The translations under genes were made by a program, and so were the position numbers. A model generated the notes under the pieces. It had not been told where the DNA came from, made no database searches, and saw nothing but the letters and a program-made list of their open reading frames with translations. A DNA stretch of 64,000 nucleotides from Lophium mytilinum (taxonomy: Eukaryota): positions 248,001 to 312,000 of the forward strand of contig MU004200.1 in the NCBI GenBank assembly GCA_010093605.1, in the 5' to 3' direction. This document shows positions 1 to 13,962 of the stretch, piece after piece. The first letter of the stretch is position 1, and the number at the start of each line of letters is the position of its first letter.

Positions 1-1418
1 GGCCGCCATCGGGGCTGTTTGAAATCATGAAGGCACCATATTTTCATCGAGCACGCAATTTTAGCGTGGTTCAGCCCCAGCTCGCCCGAACAAAGAAATG
101 GTCCGCCTGCAGCCAATCAGGCCGCGTGATTACATCTGACTAAGGCAGCGCGTCCAAGGAATCTTCTGGTTCCTGAGCATCACTGACGTTTGCGTGCCTT
201 GAGGCGCTGCTGGCTTGCGGGGTGCTCGGGGCTTTGAATGAGCCTCCTCGCTGACTCTCCCACGCTCACCAATCCACCTCTTCGATGCTTTTCGACACGA
301 TGACGATATCATTTCTTTATTTGCCACCTGTTGTCCTGTCCTCTTGACGTTAGCTACCCCGTCGGCTACGGCTACGACCTACGCCCGGTACAGTCTGGCG
401 GCTCATGGTGGGTTCGCTGTTCGCAGTATCGTTGGTTAGAAATGGCGTGCTCTCGCCAAGCTTCCAGGCTCTGCGGGACGTTGCGGAGACTTGGGCTGTA
501 GCCCACCGACTGTAGCTGGCCTGCTCGGATATATGGATTAATTCTGGCGTGATTGTTCGATCAATGATAGCCGTGATGATTAGCCGGGCGCAGAGTGAGC
601 TGGAATTGGCTGTCGAGATAGATTCAAGGTATAGTGATGTTGGTGATGGGTAAAGGAAATCTGGAGAACCTTGAAGGTGCCCCGCAACGGGCGACGACAA
701 AGCCATTGTCACAAACACCTGGGTATGCTTCCACAACCATATGTAGTAATATCTGCGACTGCATATTAACTCACTTGTATTACTCAACAGCATGCTGCCA
801 TAAAGCCCCGAGGTCCCTTGTGAAAGTCCACTTCCTCAGAATATGGTGACAGCATGACCCGAATACGGCCACTCCTCATGACCATGTATTCACTAGTCTG
901 AACCACACGGAGCCCCCGGAAGCAGAATAGTTGAAAAGCTGAAGCTCTGGAGTGATTGGATCTGAGGGCGCCTCCATCATGACGAGATGCTTAGCTTCTA
1001 CTATGGTCAGGTATAGGATCATACTGTACCTAGAAGGAAACCTCAGCGCCTAATATTCTAAATCAGCTTTCGGCTCGTCGCTTTACAATCTTTCATTTTT
1101 AAGGCGCATTTAAGGTTCATAGCTATCGGTGTCTAGGTAATCAAGTCCGCTCGTTGTAATTCAGGCAATATGAGTTCGAAAGGGACGAAATGAACATAGC
1201 GCAGAGCGATCCCCTTTCCCAGCGCTTGGATTATGTGGGCTCTTTCTGAAACAAAAGTCCTTGGTTCTCTGCAAGTTGTGCTTTTGAGAGTGGAGTTGAT
1301 AAGCAGCTTGTAATGAGCCGACAGTAGTCGTTGCGGGAGAGTCAGATGCTGGGCGTTATACCTAGGTAGAGCACTCAATCTATGTATATATGTACAGAGG
1401 TACAAGTACATGAGCATT

Positions 1419-3030
1419 TTACAACTCTTCCTTCGCTTTCTCCTCACTCAACTTTACCTTCAACACTTGCTGATACTCCGACTGCTTGGCTCTCCGTTCC
1501 TTACTTCGTTCATAATCCTCGTTCGATTCCTTGAGTTCTAGATCCCAGTCTATTTCGTAGCCAGACGGATCCACCCAATCGAACGGTATGTTTTCTGTCA
1601 ACAGCGACCTAAACATGGGCTTCCATTTCTTATTGCCCACAAGTTTGGAGCTTGCAACATGGCGACCGCGCCCAATTTTCCCATCTGGGAAGACTTCATT
1701 CCAAGCGGTGGAAGCACCAGTGCTGGAACTGCTTACTGGAAACCAGGCCATGGGAGTTGGTGGATGAAGCTTTAGGTAAGACACTTTATGATCCCGGTTC
1801 CTGCGCCATTTTTGGTAGACTTTCGTGGCTTCGGTATTCTGCTCGGGAGTCAAATTGAGCTTGAAAATCGCATCGTCCTCTTGCAGCTGGCTCAATGCTC
1901 CTCCTTCCCCATCGGAAATTTGGCGTCCACGTAGTTTTGGCGGAATGAATGTCGTGTCGCTTTCATCCAACCAGCGGCCAGGCTTTTCGGGCAATATGGA
2001 GAGAGCATCCCAGTACTTATGAAGAGCATTGACCCGCTTGTTAATGTCGAAAGGCTCGTCGGGAATTGGCTTGCGATTGCAAGCGGACATGATGGGGTTA
2101 CGGATTTCCGACTCTTCATAAACTCTCCATGAGATATTGGTGCGCGTCTCCAGGCTGCGCAACAAGTCCGAAAACAGTTGGTAGTCGTCTTCGGGCAGCG
2201 TGGTTGGTGTTAGGTCTCGCAGAACATGCCCGATGTAGATGACTAGAACTGAATATCAATTACCAGACCATTGGATTTTATAAAAGTCTTCACTTACGCT
2301 CTCGGAGAACCCCGTCCTGGCTGGGAAGCAGATCCCGCCACGGATTGATCCGACTCAACTCCTCCGTTGTCGCCTCGGGTGCGTAGTCGGCCACCTCCTG
2401 GGCGACCTGTTCAATAATTTCACGGCCGTTCTGGATCCCCATGAGGCATACATAGCCAAATATAGCCCACGTCAGCCACGTGAAGATCCTGCTGTTGACG
2501 AGAGGCGCGAGAAGACTCGGTCGTTGTCCATCGGTGCCCTTTTCCACTCCTGCAAGTTGCCTTCGCGTCTCTTCGTACTCTCGTTGAGCAACCTCGTACT
2601 CCTCCAGCGTGAACCTCTCAAGAAATTTATAGACTAGCCACAGGGCAACATCCATGAGCAACCAGAGTATCAGGTAAGATACGGCTGCATCCGTGACATC
2701 AGATTTCAACATCCGCGCCAACACACCGTCTTCCAAAGGCACGTTCATTTTCTCCAACATAAAGCGGTCCCATTTGCTCGCCGTGTACTTGGCGATGTAG
2801 GGCTCGATGATATAGAGAACCTGACTCAAGACTAGTAATACGTGGCGCACGTCGGCCAGTGTCGTGTAGAGAAAGTGATCTTGCAGTCGGCCGACGAGCC
2901 CGTCATCTTCCAGCGATTTGCGGATGGTGCGAAAGAATCGGAAGAAGAGCGATCGCCGCGGAGGTTCCACCAGTGCGGCGGGTTCCATACCAGGTGGCGC
3001 TGTATTGACAGATTTGTCGTCGGCACTCAT
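1419..3030 (-). CDS. Hypothetical membrane protein, 2 exons (~520 aa); N-terminal half has about 3 hydrophobic segments
   Basis: ORFs 2290..3030 and 1419..2165 join in frame through a 49-nt intron (GTAAGT donor at 2297, ...ATTCAG acceptor at ~2249), giving ...VLRE-L-LVIYIGHVLRDL.... No family recognised. Confidence 0.7.
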
Positions 3031-4075
3031 GGTCGCTGAGTTGGTGGAGAATCAACGCCACAGAATAAACGTCCACGTCTAACGTAGTCACCCCTTTATG
3101 CGCTCGATTTGGACGTTTAAAGCACCCCTGCATTCTCTTAGTGCAAACACTAGCGCTATGCATAAACACACAACCTCTAGGTCTGAGCTTCGAGCCTTAC
3201 TTAATTCCTACTAGACCTATCGAATTTTAAGATGTTCCAGCGTGAACTGCCGCATGCAAATTGCAAAAACGTTTTATGTTACGGCTAATTGGAAAACAGG
3301 ATAACGCACATGATCATGAAGCCCGATTCTTGGCATGTAGCTTAGGCTACCTAGGTATAACTAGCGCGACACGGTAAGGGATGTCCTATAAGCGCAGGCG
3401 GCCTGAGAAATCAGCTCTCTGACTCTCAGGTAACCATGGAGTAGCATCACGTCGGAGCTGCCACTAGGAGCATCTATAATGCGAGGACGTGGAGACGCTC
3501 TAGTCGGAGACAAAGTGCTACGCTAGGTGACGAATGGCAGGTGGTTGGAGGTTGAAAAAGAGCGATGAGCGGAATGCCGATCTCGTTTCCTCCTCGTTTC
3601 ACAACGCATCTCGCCGTGACCTGGCTGACGCCTTCATAGTTTGTTTTGGAGGCCCGACGTTACGCCATGTGATGTGACAATTGGCTGCTACATGGTAATA
3701 TAACATCAATATCCGCCTTCAGCATGCATGCACTGATCCCAAGAGCAGATCCCCCGCTGTGAATTTCCTTTCAAGAGGAACGTCGCCCAGGTGCCCGCTG
3801 ACCTTGGCATCTACCTTCCTCAGGTACTTTGGCCCCAAGTAAGATCTCTTCTGCTTAGATTCTACATTCATCCAGCCGATTTCTCGGAACCATGGCCCGC
3901 CTAGCCGCTCGGCGGGATCTTGATCTTCCTATTATTCATACCTGCTGCTCACTCTTCCACTTCTACCTCACAATCTGCTATTCCTATTCGTATTCTCACC
4001 TTTCTTCTTTCTGAAGTGTCGAGCAATACTACGAGCCTTCGTTTCGCCCTCCAAATCACGCCAAATCAAGCTACA

Positions 4076-5580
4076 ATGGGCCTAGGCACGCTCGTCATTG
4101 CTGCTCTAGCATTAGCTTTCTCCAGGACCAGCGCGTCAACTCTTTACGTCGCCTCATATGGCGGTACGGTCTCTACCCTCTCCTTGACTGGCAATACTCT
4201 CGTCAACATATCTGTCAACACCAATTGCGGATCAGCTTCAAATCATGCCCCAACATGGCTAGAGCTAGACAAAGCGAACAAAGTTCTATACTGTCTTGGT
4301 GAAGAAGGCTCGATCAACTCGTTCAAGACGTCTGCGGATGGAATCTTGTCTCTGATCGATCAAAAGGCCACTATCAAGGGACCCGTCAGCAGTATCTTCT
4401 TCAATAATAACAACGATATTGCACTTGCTCATTAGTGAGTTTGATACCATCCTCTTTTTTAATTGTCTACGAGGACATACGTCTGTCTTCTGTTGATTGC
4501 TGGGAAGCGTTGTCTATGGTAGTCTGGAGAGGTGTTTTGTCCTTCGAAAAGATAGACGTGTTGTGGAAATGTGTGAGAGCGTGTGCATAGGCTTCTGGTA
4601 AGCCGTCGCCTATTAGAAAGACTAATCCGTCGCGTCTCGATACCGTCTACTCTAAATCTCAACTTATAACTTCCGAGAATAGACACTGACAGCAATAGTG
4701 ATGGGTCCTCGATCTCCACATGGTCCAAAACCCCCAGCGGCGCCATTGCCCCAATCCAAAACATTACCTTCACCCTCGCCACACCTGGCCCTAACCCCGA
4801 CCGCCAAGCGGCTCCCTACGAGCACGAAGCCATCCTCGACCCAACAGGCCAATTCCTGCTCTTCCCCGACCTCGGCGCCGACCTCGTCCGCGTCTTCTCC
4901 TTCGACCCCTCAACCTCCCTCCTCTCAGCCCAAGACCCTCTAAAGGCCGCACCAGGCTCAGGCCCACGCCACGCCGTCTTCTGGTCGCCCAAGACGCCGT
5001 ACACGCAAGGCAAACCCCTCTTCTTCTTCCTAATCGCCGAACTCTCAAACACCATCACGAGCTACGCGGTCACATACCCCAAGTCCGGCGGCCTAGTATT
5101 CACAGAGGTGCAGACAGTAACCGTATTCGGCGACAAGCCCGTACCTAGCACTGCCGCAGCCGCTGAAATTGTTGTCTCCGTAGGTCAAGTCAACTACTCT
5201 TCAATGAATCAAATCGATTGCATTGCTAACCAGATGCAAAGCCTGACAAGAAGTTCATCCTCAACTCGAACCGCATGGATTACTCCTTCACGACTGCAAA
5301 CCCCGATCCCACTAACAGTACTGAGATCGTGTCTGACTCTATTACTGTGTGGAAACCGAATGCCAACGGTACTCTGGAGTTTGTGCAGCTTGCGCCGGCT
5401 GGTGGAACCGGCCCGCGCCACTTCAGCTTGAACGCGGTTGGTGATATTGTGAGTGTTGGATTGCAGTTGAGCGAGAACGTGGCCATTATCAAGAGAGACG
5501 TGAAGACGGGTAAGTTGGGGGATATCGTTGCGAATCTAGCGGGTGGTGGGCCTATTACGAATGTGATCTGGGATCAGTGA
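4076..5580 (+). CDS. Secreted lactonase-family 7-bladed beta-propeller (6-phosphogluconolactonase / carboxy-cis,cis-muconate cyclase-like)
   Basis: Signal-like N-terminus MGLGTLVIAALALAFS; motifs LYVASYGG, RQAAPYEHEAILDPTG, PDLGAD, GSGPRH and GPRHFSL; introns 4435-4698 and 5180-5241. Confidence 0.85.
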
Positions 5581-5890
5581 TACTCTTGAAAACAGTGCTG
5601 TTCTTGAAAGCCCCCCATGGGTCAAGTCTGCTGGATTTTAGAGAGAATGGTGTGCGGCTCATTCTTGCAGCTGGCACAACTAGCTACTTCAACTGTATAT
5701 ATCATGACCAATTCTACCATATTTAGAAAGATTCCTGAGTTGGTAGTCGATGTGAAGATTTTTGCTCTATTGTCGCAATCATTGCTATGCTAATTGCCTG
5801 TCAGAAGCCGCCTTCTAATGTATTTACTCGCTCCAAACGCCGTGCCACCTTACCGTCCATGAACCGGAAGGACGCACACAATCAGGTCCA

Positions 5891-7471
5891 CTAACCCTTC
5901 AACCCTCCATCCCACTTCGAATCCTCCACAGCCCACTTGACCGCATCCCACACGTCACCCACCTCCTTGTTCGGCTTCCACGCCGGCGTCTGACCCTCGA
6001 CATGCACCCCCGTCCTAACCAAGATACTAGCCCAATCCGTGCCCAGCGGGCTCTCATACGAGTTCCCGCCCCTGATATCACTCTCCGGATTGTCGCCAAC
6101 CATATACACCTTCCTCAGTGCACCCGCGTCCTGCCCGCCGAACAAGTCCTTTCGGTGCGCCACAAGCCTCTTCTCAGCAAACTCGTACGTCTGCCGAAAC
6201 GGCTTCCCAATCACAGTCTTCTGAAACTCCACCCCGGCTCTCGACCCGCCCGTCAGCGCCGCCCACACGCCCTCGAAAGCTTCGCGGAACCCGCCCTGGC
6301 CCAGTCGCGGGAGGTGGTACTTGGCGGCCCATACGAGGTCTGGGTTCGAGAAGAAGACCGGGGGCTGACCGTCCTGCTGGTATCCGTGGTTTGGGAGCTT
6401 CGGGTCGTTGTTCTTCGGGGAGAGGGTGCCGAAGATGCCGGCGCGGCTGAGGAGCAGGTCCTTCAGGATTGTGATGTCGAGGCCCCAGTCACGGGGGTCG
6501 TTGTAGACGAAGACGGCGTCGATCCGGAGGGACTGTGCGGGGTCGGTGGGGTTGATGGATTGGGGAAGTGGGCGCGAGAAGGGGGCGTAGACGGGGAGAA
6601 ATTGGGAGGAAAAGGGCCAGATTTCGGGATGGGCCGTGAGGATGTCGCCGGGGGTTACGACGGTTTGGAAGCCGTATCTGGGCTACAGTTAGATTTGCGG
6701 TTGGGAATTGAGGCCGTGGCAGGCAGAGCGTGAAGAAAGTGGCGCTCTCATCAAGCAGTCTATCTCTTTTGCACCTGTCTGCCACTGCTTGAAGTGCTTT
6801 AACGAGTTTCCTAATAACCCAAGTCGAAGAGCTTCGGTCTCAATCGGATTCTTGAAAATGCATTGAAGCACCCCAAGCAGTGCCACACACGCGTACAACA
6901 CGACCGCAGCTTGTTCAACATAAGAGCGCCACTTTTTCATGCTCCGTGTGAGTGGGAAGCATACTTTTCTGCCACTCGTCTGCAATTGTCCTGGTCCCCG
7001 CCCATAACTAGGACGGTCTTCTCCTTATATTCGTCCATATCGGCGAATGGGGTATGGCTCTGCACGAACATGGTGGTATCCAGAAGAACCTCAAGCTTGT
7101 TGCTGAGCTCTTCTACCCGTTCGGACTCGTGCTTCCCGCCGCCATTTGTGAGGAGGATGAAAGGTATACACTGCGATTGGAGATAGGATAGGGTCTTATG
7201 TGCGCGAGGAAGAGGATCGGAGCTGCGAACGAGGACGCCATCAATGCTACATATCACGTTAGTTGGAGCAGCCTAGCTAGAGAGGACGGCTTGCCCACTC
7301 GAACGCGAACGCAAAGTCGGGGACTCGTGGGGAGGTGGATAAGGTCTGGAGAGCGCGGCGCGAAGAATGGCAAATGCTGCTGCATCGTTGAGGCGGCCGG
7401 AGCGACAATGATAGTTGCTTTCGGCCTATTGCAAGCCGAAGCAAGCTGGCAATGGGTTTTGGTCCTGACAT
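5891..7471 (-). CDS. HAD-superfamily subfamily IIA hydrolase (CECR5/HDHD5-like), probably mitochondrial
   Basis: After splicing: FAFDIDGVL motif I, LLTNGGG, FSNPDL, GKP and VGDNPESDI; basic/Ser-rich N-terminal extension; introns ~7249-7296 and 6678-6964. Confidence 0.9.
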
Positions 7472-7708
7472 CGACGTTGTGTTGTGGGAGAGCTCTAGAC
7501 ACGAGGGGTGACTTTGGCGGACGAGGGACGGAGGTCGGAGAGTGGGGCTGCCTAGTTCTATTTATTTTATCATCCATCCACGGCATCTCCAGCTTCTTGT
7601 ATCTGACATTTAGAAGTTATACGTGCCTTATCTTCCATTTAAAGACAATATAATATCACCAAGTCATCTTTTTTTGCGTCTCCACAATCGTCTTCAGGAT
7701 ATACAAGC

Positions 7709-10316
7709 ATGACGGATACAAGTCCAGAGAGCTCCAACACCACAGATACGCTACCTTCGACAAATGCCTCCATTACTGCTTCTTTGGAGGAGCTTACAGC
7801 TCGCCCTGTGATCAAAAGAGCTAGACCACAGTTGAGCTGCATACCATGTCGCCAAGGCAAGCTCAAATGCAATCGCCTTCACCCCATCTGTGACCAGTGC
7901 ATCAAGCGGTCCAGGGAGGCATCGTGCTCCTACCTGCCGCCACCCACTCGGCAGAAGCAGACCCAGAACATGAAAGGGCGAATTAAGAACCTAGAGAGTC
8001 TAGTGGTCACTTTGATGAACAGTAAGGATACGCAGGAGGCTGTTCCAGATAGTGCGAGGGAGCAGAATGATCATTCCACATCTGTGGGCGAGCAGCTTTC
8101 TCAGACCTCTCTACCTAGGGACATCAATAGCCCCTCTCAACAAGACACCGATTCAGGGGATCCCAACCCAACTTCGTTTGGACAACTTCGGATCACTAAA
8201 GCCGACGCTGTCGGAGGAGCTAGCTATGTTGGAGCAGCCCACTGGACAGCCATTCTCAATGAAATCGCCGAAGTCAAGAACTACTTGGACGAAACTGAAG
8301 AGCCAAACGAATCTATAGAAGAGGATTGGGATACTGTTTATCAGAGATCGACTATTACCCTTGGGGCGCCGAAGCCCGTGTCAAAGGCTTCTCTCATCGC
8401 CCAGCTACCCCCGAAGGAGGAGGTTGATAGACTACTTCCGTTTTGGTTCAACTCTTCAGATCCTCTTCTGTTTATGATGCACGCGCCAAACTTCCGGTCG
8501 GAATATGCGCAGTTCTGGGAGGACCCTTTTGGCACTCCCACAATGTGGATAGCTGTGCTGTATGGATCTTTGGCTCTCGCCATTATTCTAGGACCACGAA
8601 GCTCAGAGTTCGAGGCCTATTACTCGGCGCAATACGATAGAGGGGCCAGCACGGCTTATCAATCCATAGCAGCGCCATTTGATGGTCTACCAACACGCGA
8701 GCTTGTGGATAAATATCAGAATTTGGCAGCTTCAGCCATGGCCCTAGCAGACATTGCGAAGCCGCAACCATACACTCTCGAGGCAGCATTGATTCACGTT
8801 GAATGTGAGTTCCTTAGGAAAACGGACCATCACGTGAGAATTTGGTTCTCGATAGGCCTCATAATTCGTATTGCCCAACGAATGGGCTATCACCGAGACG
8901 TAAGTAGATCCGCGGTCCGGGATCGTCCAGGATCGTTTAACCCTATCAGAAGGAGTGACGTCCTTCAGACAATATCTCTAATCAGACATTAGGCTGGACA
9001 TTTCAAGAACATGACACCGTTCCAAGGGGAGATGCGTAGACGTCTCTGGCATATTCTATACCAAATGGACGTACTTATTTCATTTGCTCTCGGGCTTCCG
9101 TCAATGATACGCCGCATTGAGGCCGATACAAGGGCGCCTCATAATCTATACGATACCGACTTCACTGCCGATTGTAATGAGCTTCCACAAGAAAGACCAC
9201 CATCAGAGCTTACTCCGGGATCTTATTTCATCACGAAAAGTAAAATCTGCGCAGTGTTCGCAGAAGCTGCGGAGCTGTGGCAGTCCATTGTTCCTCCTAG
9301 TCACTCCGATATCATGGCTGTCGATGGTCGGCTTCAAGCAGCTTACGAAGCTATACCCGAAGGTTTACGTGTACGGTCAATGGGAGAATCGATCTCGGAC
9401 ACGTCTGTCTTGATCATGAGCAGGTTCAATCTCGAACTGCTTTACCTGAAGACTCGCACAATACTTCACAGGAAATACATCACGGCCGGTAGATTTGAAC
9501 CTCGACTAGCTAAATCTCGTAAAATCTGCGTTGAGGCTGCAATGGCCACCCTTCGGCATCATTCTGTAATTTTTAATGCCTGTCTGCCAGGTGGTCAGCT
9601 GCACAAGGTTTGGTGGTATATGGCTTCTCTCACCACATATGACTTTCTTTTAGCCGCGATGATCGTTGCTTTGGAACTCAACCACATTCGGACTGCTGAA
9701 GCCGCGCCCACACACAACGGGCCTGCGTCTACAAAGACGGCAGAGATGGTTGGCCTGCTCGAAAAGACTTACGGGATCTGGGCATGGCACCCAAATCGTA
9801 TTGCAGAGTCTGGCAGAGCCTGCGGTATCCTCCGAGAAATGTTGACGAAAGTTGGTGGGCACGACATCTTGACTAACAAGAATGCCCGCAATGACAGCAA
9901 CCAGAGTACGTTGTGCCACTCCTGTTCCTTCCATACACTTACAATAAAAATTAGGTCATGTTGTTCCACAGCAAAGCAACCTCCTAAGGGAGAGCATTGC
10001 TCAGCTAGACGCTGACGGGAATACTGGAACCTTCAAGAGGAAGCCCTTTTTCGCAGCCTCGTTCTTTCCGGATGTCGATATGTCCACCCTTGAAGTGCCT
10101 GATGTTCCCGGAGACATTGATTGGGTTAGTCACATAACAAGTCAAGCAGACTTCCCACTAATAACCAGCTAGGGCATATGGGACAACGCACTTAATGATG
10201 TCCAACCACAATTTGACCCAACCGCGAGTTGGCCCTTTGATCTCGGCTTTGACCCACTTCAGAACGGGGAGACAACTATGGCATTTGACGGCCAAGACCT
10301 TGACCTTTCGATTTAG
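7709..10316 (+). CDS. Zn(II)2Cys6 transcription factor with fungal-specific TF (middle homology) domain
   Basis: CIPCRQGKLKCNRLHPICDQCIKRSREASC binuclear cluster; AQRMGYHRD and EMRRRLW motifs; introns ~8900-8992, ~9906-9955 and ~10124-10171; stop TAG at 10314-10316. Confidence 0.93.
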
Positions 10317-10392
10317 GCTTAACACGGCTACCTAGAGTGAATGGGCGAATTACCGTAACTCCGGAATACGATGTTAATCGATTTCCTGGGAC

Positions 10393-11627
10393 TCACAGGT
10401 ACTCCTGTGTTTCTTGTCCGCACCATGCAAAAAACCGATCTGCGACATCTGTTCCTCCCTCAGCCTTCGATTTTAGGCTCGCCCGTACATGTCCGGGAAT
10501 AACACCTTTCCGACCCCAGGGAATGAAGAATTCTCCATTATCAGCCACCGTGACCTTGGGCGAGAAGCCGGCGTATAGCTCGGTGTACGCGCCGTACTTT
10601 GCAGGTTTGAAGACGACGCCCTAAGTGATGGTGAGCTTCATTAGCAAGTAAGAGATGGCCTGCCCGAGACATACCATGGCAAAGCTTGCAACCGCCGGCA
10701 TGTTGCGTTGTAGTTCGGTTTTCATCAAGCCGGGATGAAGACTCTGTATAATTTAGCCGTAAATTCGCGCATATGGACTGGCGTCATTACCACACTGAGA
10801 ATGCCGGAACCCAAAGTCTTCGCAAATCCGGCACCCAGGAACACATCTCCAAATTTTGTCTGCATATACCGATCCATGCCCTTATATTCGTCCGATGGCA
10901 CCCCGTTCTCGTCCAGAGTCACGCCTCCTCTCGGTTTCCCAAAGCTCGTAATCAGGGAGCTGACGAACACAACCCGAACCGCCTTATGAGCCTTCTCAGC
11001 GACACCCTCTGCAACAGCGGTCCGTCGAAGGATCGGCTCGAGCAGCTTCGTTAGGAGAAACGGCGCAAGACAATTCGTGCCCATCATAAGATCATAGCCC
11101 TTGACAAACATCAGCGCTGTCAAACAACAAAACAACAAAACACCATGACACTCTTTGACTTACCTGCGTCGTCTTACTGCCTTCCGGCGGCATCATCACT
11201 CCGGCATTATGCACTACCACATGTAGCCTTTCCTCCTGCTTTAAGAAGTTGTCCACAGCTCGTTTGACCGACTCCAGATCCGCGAGGTCGACCACAAACG
11301 CCTCGAGCCGGCCTTTCGATGAGGGGTGCGCGGCTTGGATTGCTTGGACCCCTGTCTGGACCCGCGAGGAGGAGCGTGCGCCTATATAGACGGTTGCGTT
11401 ACGGCTGTAGAGTATTTTTGCAAGCTCGAGGCCTACACCGGACGCGGCGCCAGTCACTAGTACGACCTAGAGTAGACGTCTTAGTATTATTGGAGTGAGA
11501 AAACCAATCAGGAAAGAGGTATAAGGGCGACAAAAAGGATGGTCTTTGATACCTTGCCGGTCTGATCTGGAAGCTCTTTCTCAGTGAACGATGGAGCCGG
11601 AGGGAAGCATTGGCTAAGTATGCTCAT
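10393..11627 (-). CDS. Short-chain dehydrogenase/reductase (retinol dehydrogenase/WWOX-like)
   Basis: TGAASGVG cofactor motif, HNAG, catalytic YMQTK; several short introns; starts MSILSQCFPPAPSFTEKELPDQTGK and ends WCGQETQEYL*. Confidence 0.9.
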
Positions 11628-13264
11628 GATGGACAGAGAGACGAGTAGAGAAATTAGAGAAAATACAGATTCTAGACGTCCCAAAAGTGGGTTTTCGAGC
11701 GGATTTTAAATTGGAAAGCAGAATTGATTGATTTGAATGAATTTAATATTCGGGAATTCTACTACCTATATACTAATCCCCTACCTTCGGAGGCGCATTC
11801 CCCTGGGGTATCTTGAGTAGGAAACATACGTTCGCTGCGCAGAAAAGGGCGACGCGTAGTATTGTCCCGATTTCCGACTATGTTGGATGGGCTTTGAAGT
11901 CACTGAGCCGGAGGTGGTCTGTGCGGGCCGGACGAGAGATGTTCCATGTAAATCCGGGCGCTCTGGATATGATGGTCGTGAGCCCGGAGACGGTAGAATT
12001 TGGCAGTCTTGGAAAACGGTAGTCGTCACCATTGAATGTAGCTACGTGGAAAGTATCTGGACTGGCAAAGGTGGGTAGCTCATCCTTTCACACCGTTTTT
12101 TATCTGAGTTGAGACGGACGCTCCTACTCGATATAGGCTTCAGAGAATATCAAGCGAATGTACAGCAGCACGAAGCTCAAACAAAGAAGCCGGTCTGTTC
12201 CAATACATGAGAGCGCCCACGGTCGTCGTGATCCGAGCACGAATCGAAAACGCGTTACTTACAGGCCAGTTACCAGTCCCCAGGTTAACGAAACTAAGGC
12301 CTGGAAAATACAATATTAGTACCCATCACTTTCTAGATCATTAAGTGATGCGTCCATTTGAAACTCACTTCATGGTCATCCGTATCTGTTCTCCTCGCTG
12401 TACATCCGACTGTGAAGCCTATGCGGTCCCAACCATCCGCCTCCACATCACGCGATGCCCGAATGCTGTTCCACGACACCGTTATCGGGAGTCTGCACAG
12501 CATCTTGTGTATCCGGTACCTGCAGACCTCTTGAATAGGCGAACTCTCCGTCGAAGTGCCGAGAGGTGGGCGTAAGAAAGCTGTAGTGTCTCGACTGTGT
12601 GGGTTGTAAGACTAAGACGATAAAATGGGCGTTGTTACTGAGCAGGTATCATGCATATGATCCTCTTTAGGATGAAGTAGTAAGTAAGAGCGTCAAATTT
12701 GCCCTACTCGTCCGTAATCTTCTCCGCACTGGCTTGTGTAATGGTATAACGGTGGTTGAAGCAAGGAGTTGCACATGATCCAGAGAATGGCACAAGCAGG
12801 TTCAGGAGATCTGCTGGCCAGGGCAACTGTGGACTGGCATATGATCTAGCCGTTTAGCGTGCGCATGCCTTACTTCAAGCAATCCTAGTAATCATTACGG
12901 CCATAGGTGTTTAATCTCGAAACTAGTGTTTTTGGCAGGTTGTGTGTACAGGAGAACGAGAGAATAGTCTAGGGGCAGTCTTTGGTATCAGGGGTGCTGT
13001 AAACGTCTGAAAGATCGGCGGCCGGCGTGAGATGGCAGTGATTGAGAACACCTTTTATCAGCGTAATCAAGTTTGGAATAGACGCCATGCCTCGGCAAGA
13101 CACACTGGAGACCTTCATATTTGCATGTCAGTTGAATCGGGAAACTCCAGTTGCTCTAATTCGTACAGCTCCGGGACCCAGCCTATCTACAAGTTTCGTA
13201 GGGCCCCCATGTGAAATCGATAATAGCTCGCATCTCAGGTTGTCTACTTCGTTGCTGTAAAACA

Positions 13265-13962
13265 CTAGTAATCATCCTTGCCCCACTTGTTGAATGTGTC
13301 GTGTAGTTCCTGATTTACTTGTAAGCAGCAGCCTCTTTGTGAAACAAACAGCCGGGGAGTGCCGCGAGTATAAGTACCTTCGGAAGGTTCACGTTGGGGA
13401 TGATGACGCTGTTCAGCGGCGACGGGGCGTCCTTCTTGGGGGCGTTCCTGTCTCCTCCGGGGTGGTATTGGTAGGCTGTAGCCCCGCCTGACTCCTTCCA
13501 AGGCTCGCTGTGCTCTACCTTGGCGACGGAGGCCTCGGAGGTCGCAGAGGTGGGCGAGCGGGCTAAGGCGAGTGTTAGCAATCGTCTAGTTTATCAATCG
13601 CTATAGGCTGCGTGTCCGTATCCGGGGCTTCGCGAGTCGGTGCCTCCTCATAATGCATAGGGACCCGAAGTCGGATTAGGGCTATGCTCACAGAAATGCC
13701 ATCCGACGAGTCCAGCGGCTCCGGACATAACGCCAAGTAGAATCTGCCAACGAGACTCCAATTAGCTCCAATTGCAATATAAAGCCAGGACGTCTGAGCC
13801 GTGTGGGTAGTGGAGGCGTACGAGAAGCTCTGGGTCCCGCTTAGCACCAGCCTTGAGGGCGTCCTTGCCCTTCTGTCTTTCGCCGGCATTGACAGCCGCC
13901 TCGGTGGACTGGAGCAGGCGGCCCGAAGCCCTGAAGGCGGATCGACCGATGATGGAGGACAT
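13265..13962 (-). CDS. Small single-TM mitochondrial protein (~140 aa), NDUFA4/MLRQ (COXFA4)-like
   Basis: Four exons splice to MSSIIGRSAFR...KRDPELLILLGVMSGAAGLVGWHFSRSPT...EPW...YQYHPGGD...NKWGKDDY. The PEL+TM+EPW pattern recalls the B12D/NDUFA4 family. Confidence 0.65.

Noticed and set aside
1..1400. Short ORFs at 130-327, 350-793, 634-849 and 1133-1447
   Set aside because: No recognisable motifs and I could not build a consistent spliced model.
11700..13250. 1.5-kb gap with several 60-80 aa ORFs
   Set aside because: No coding signature or family motif; treated as intergenic/UTR.
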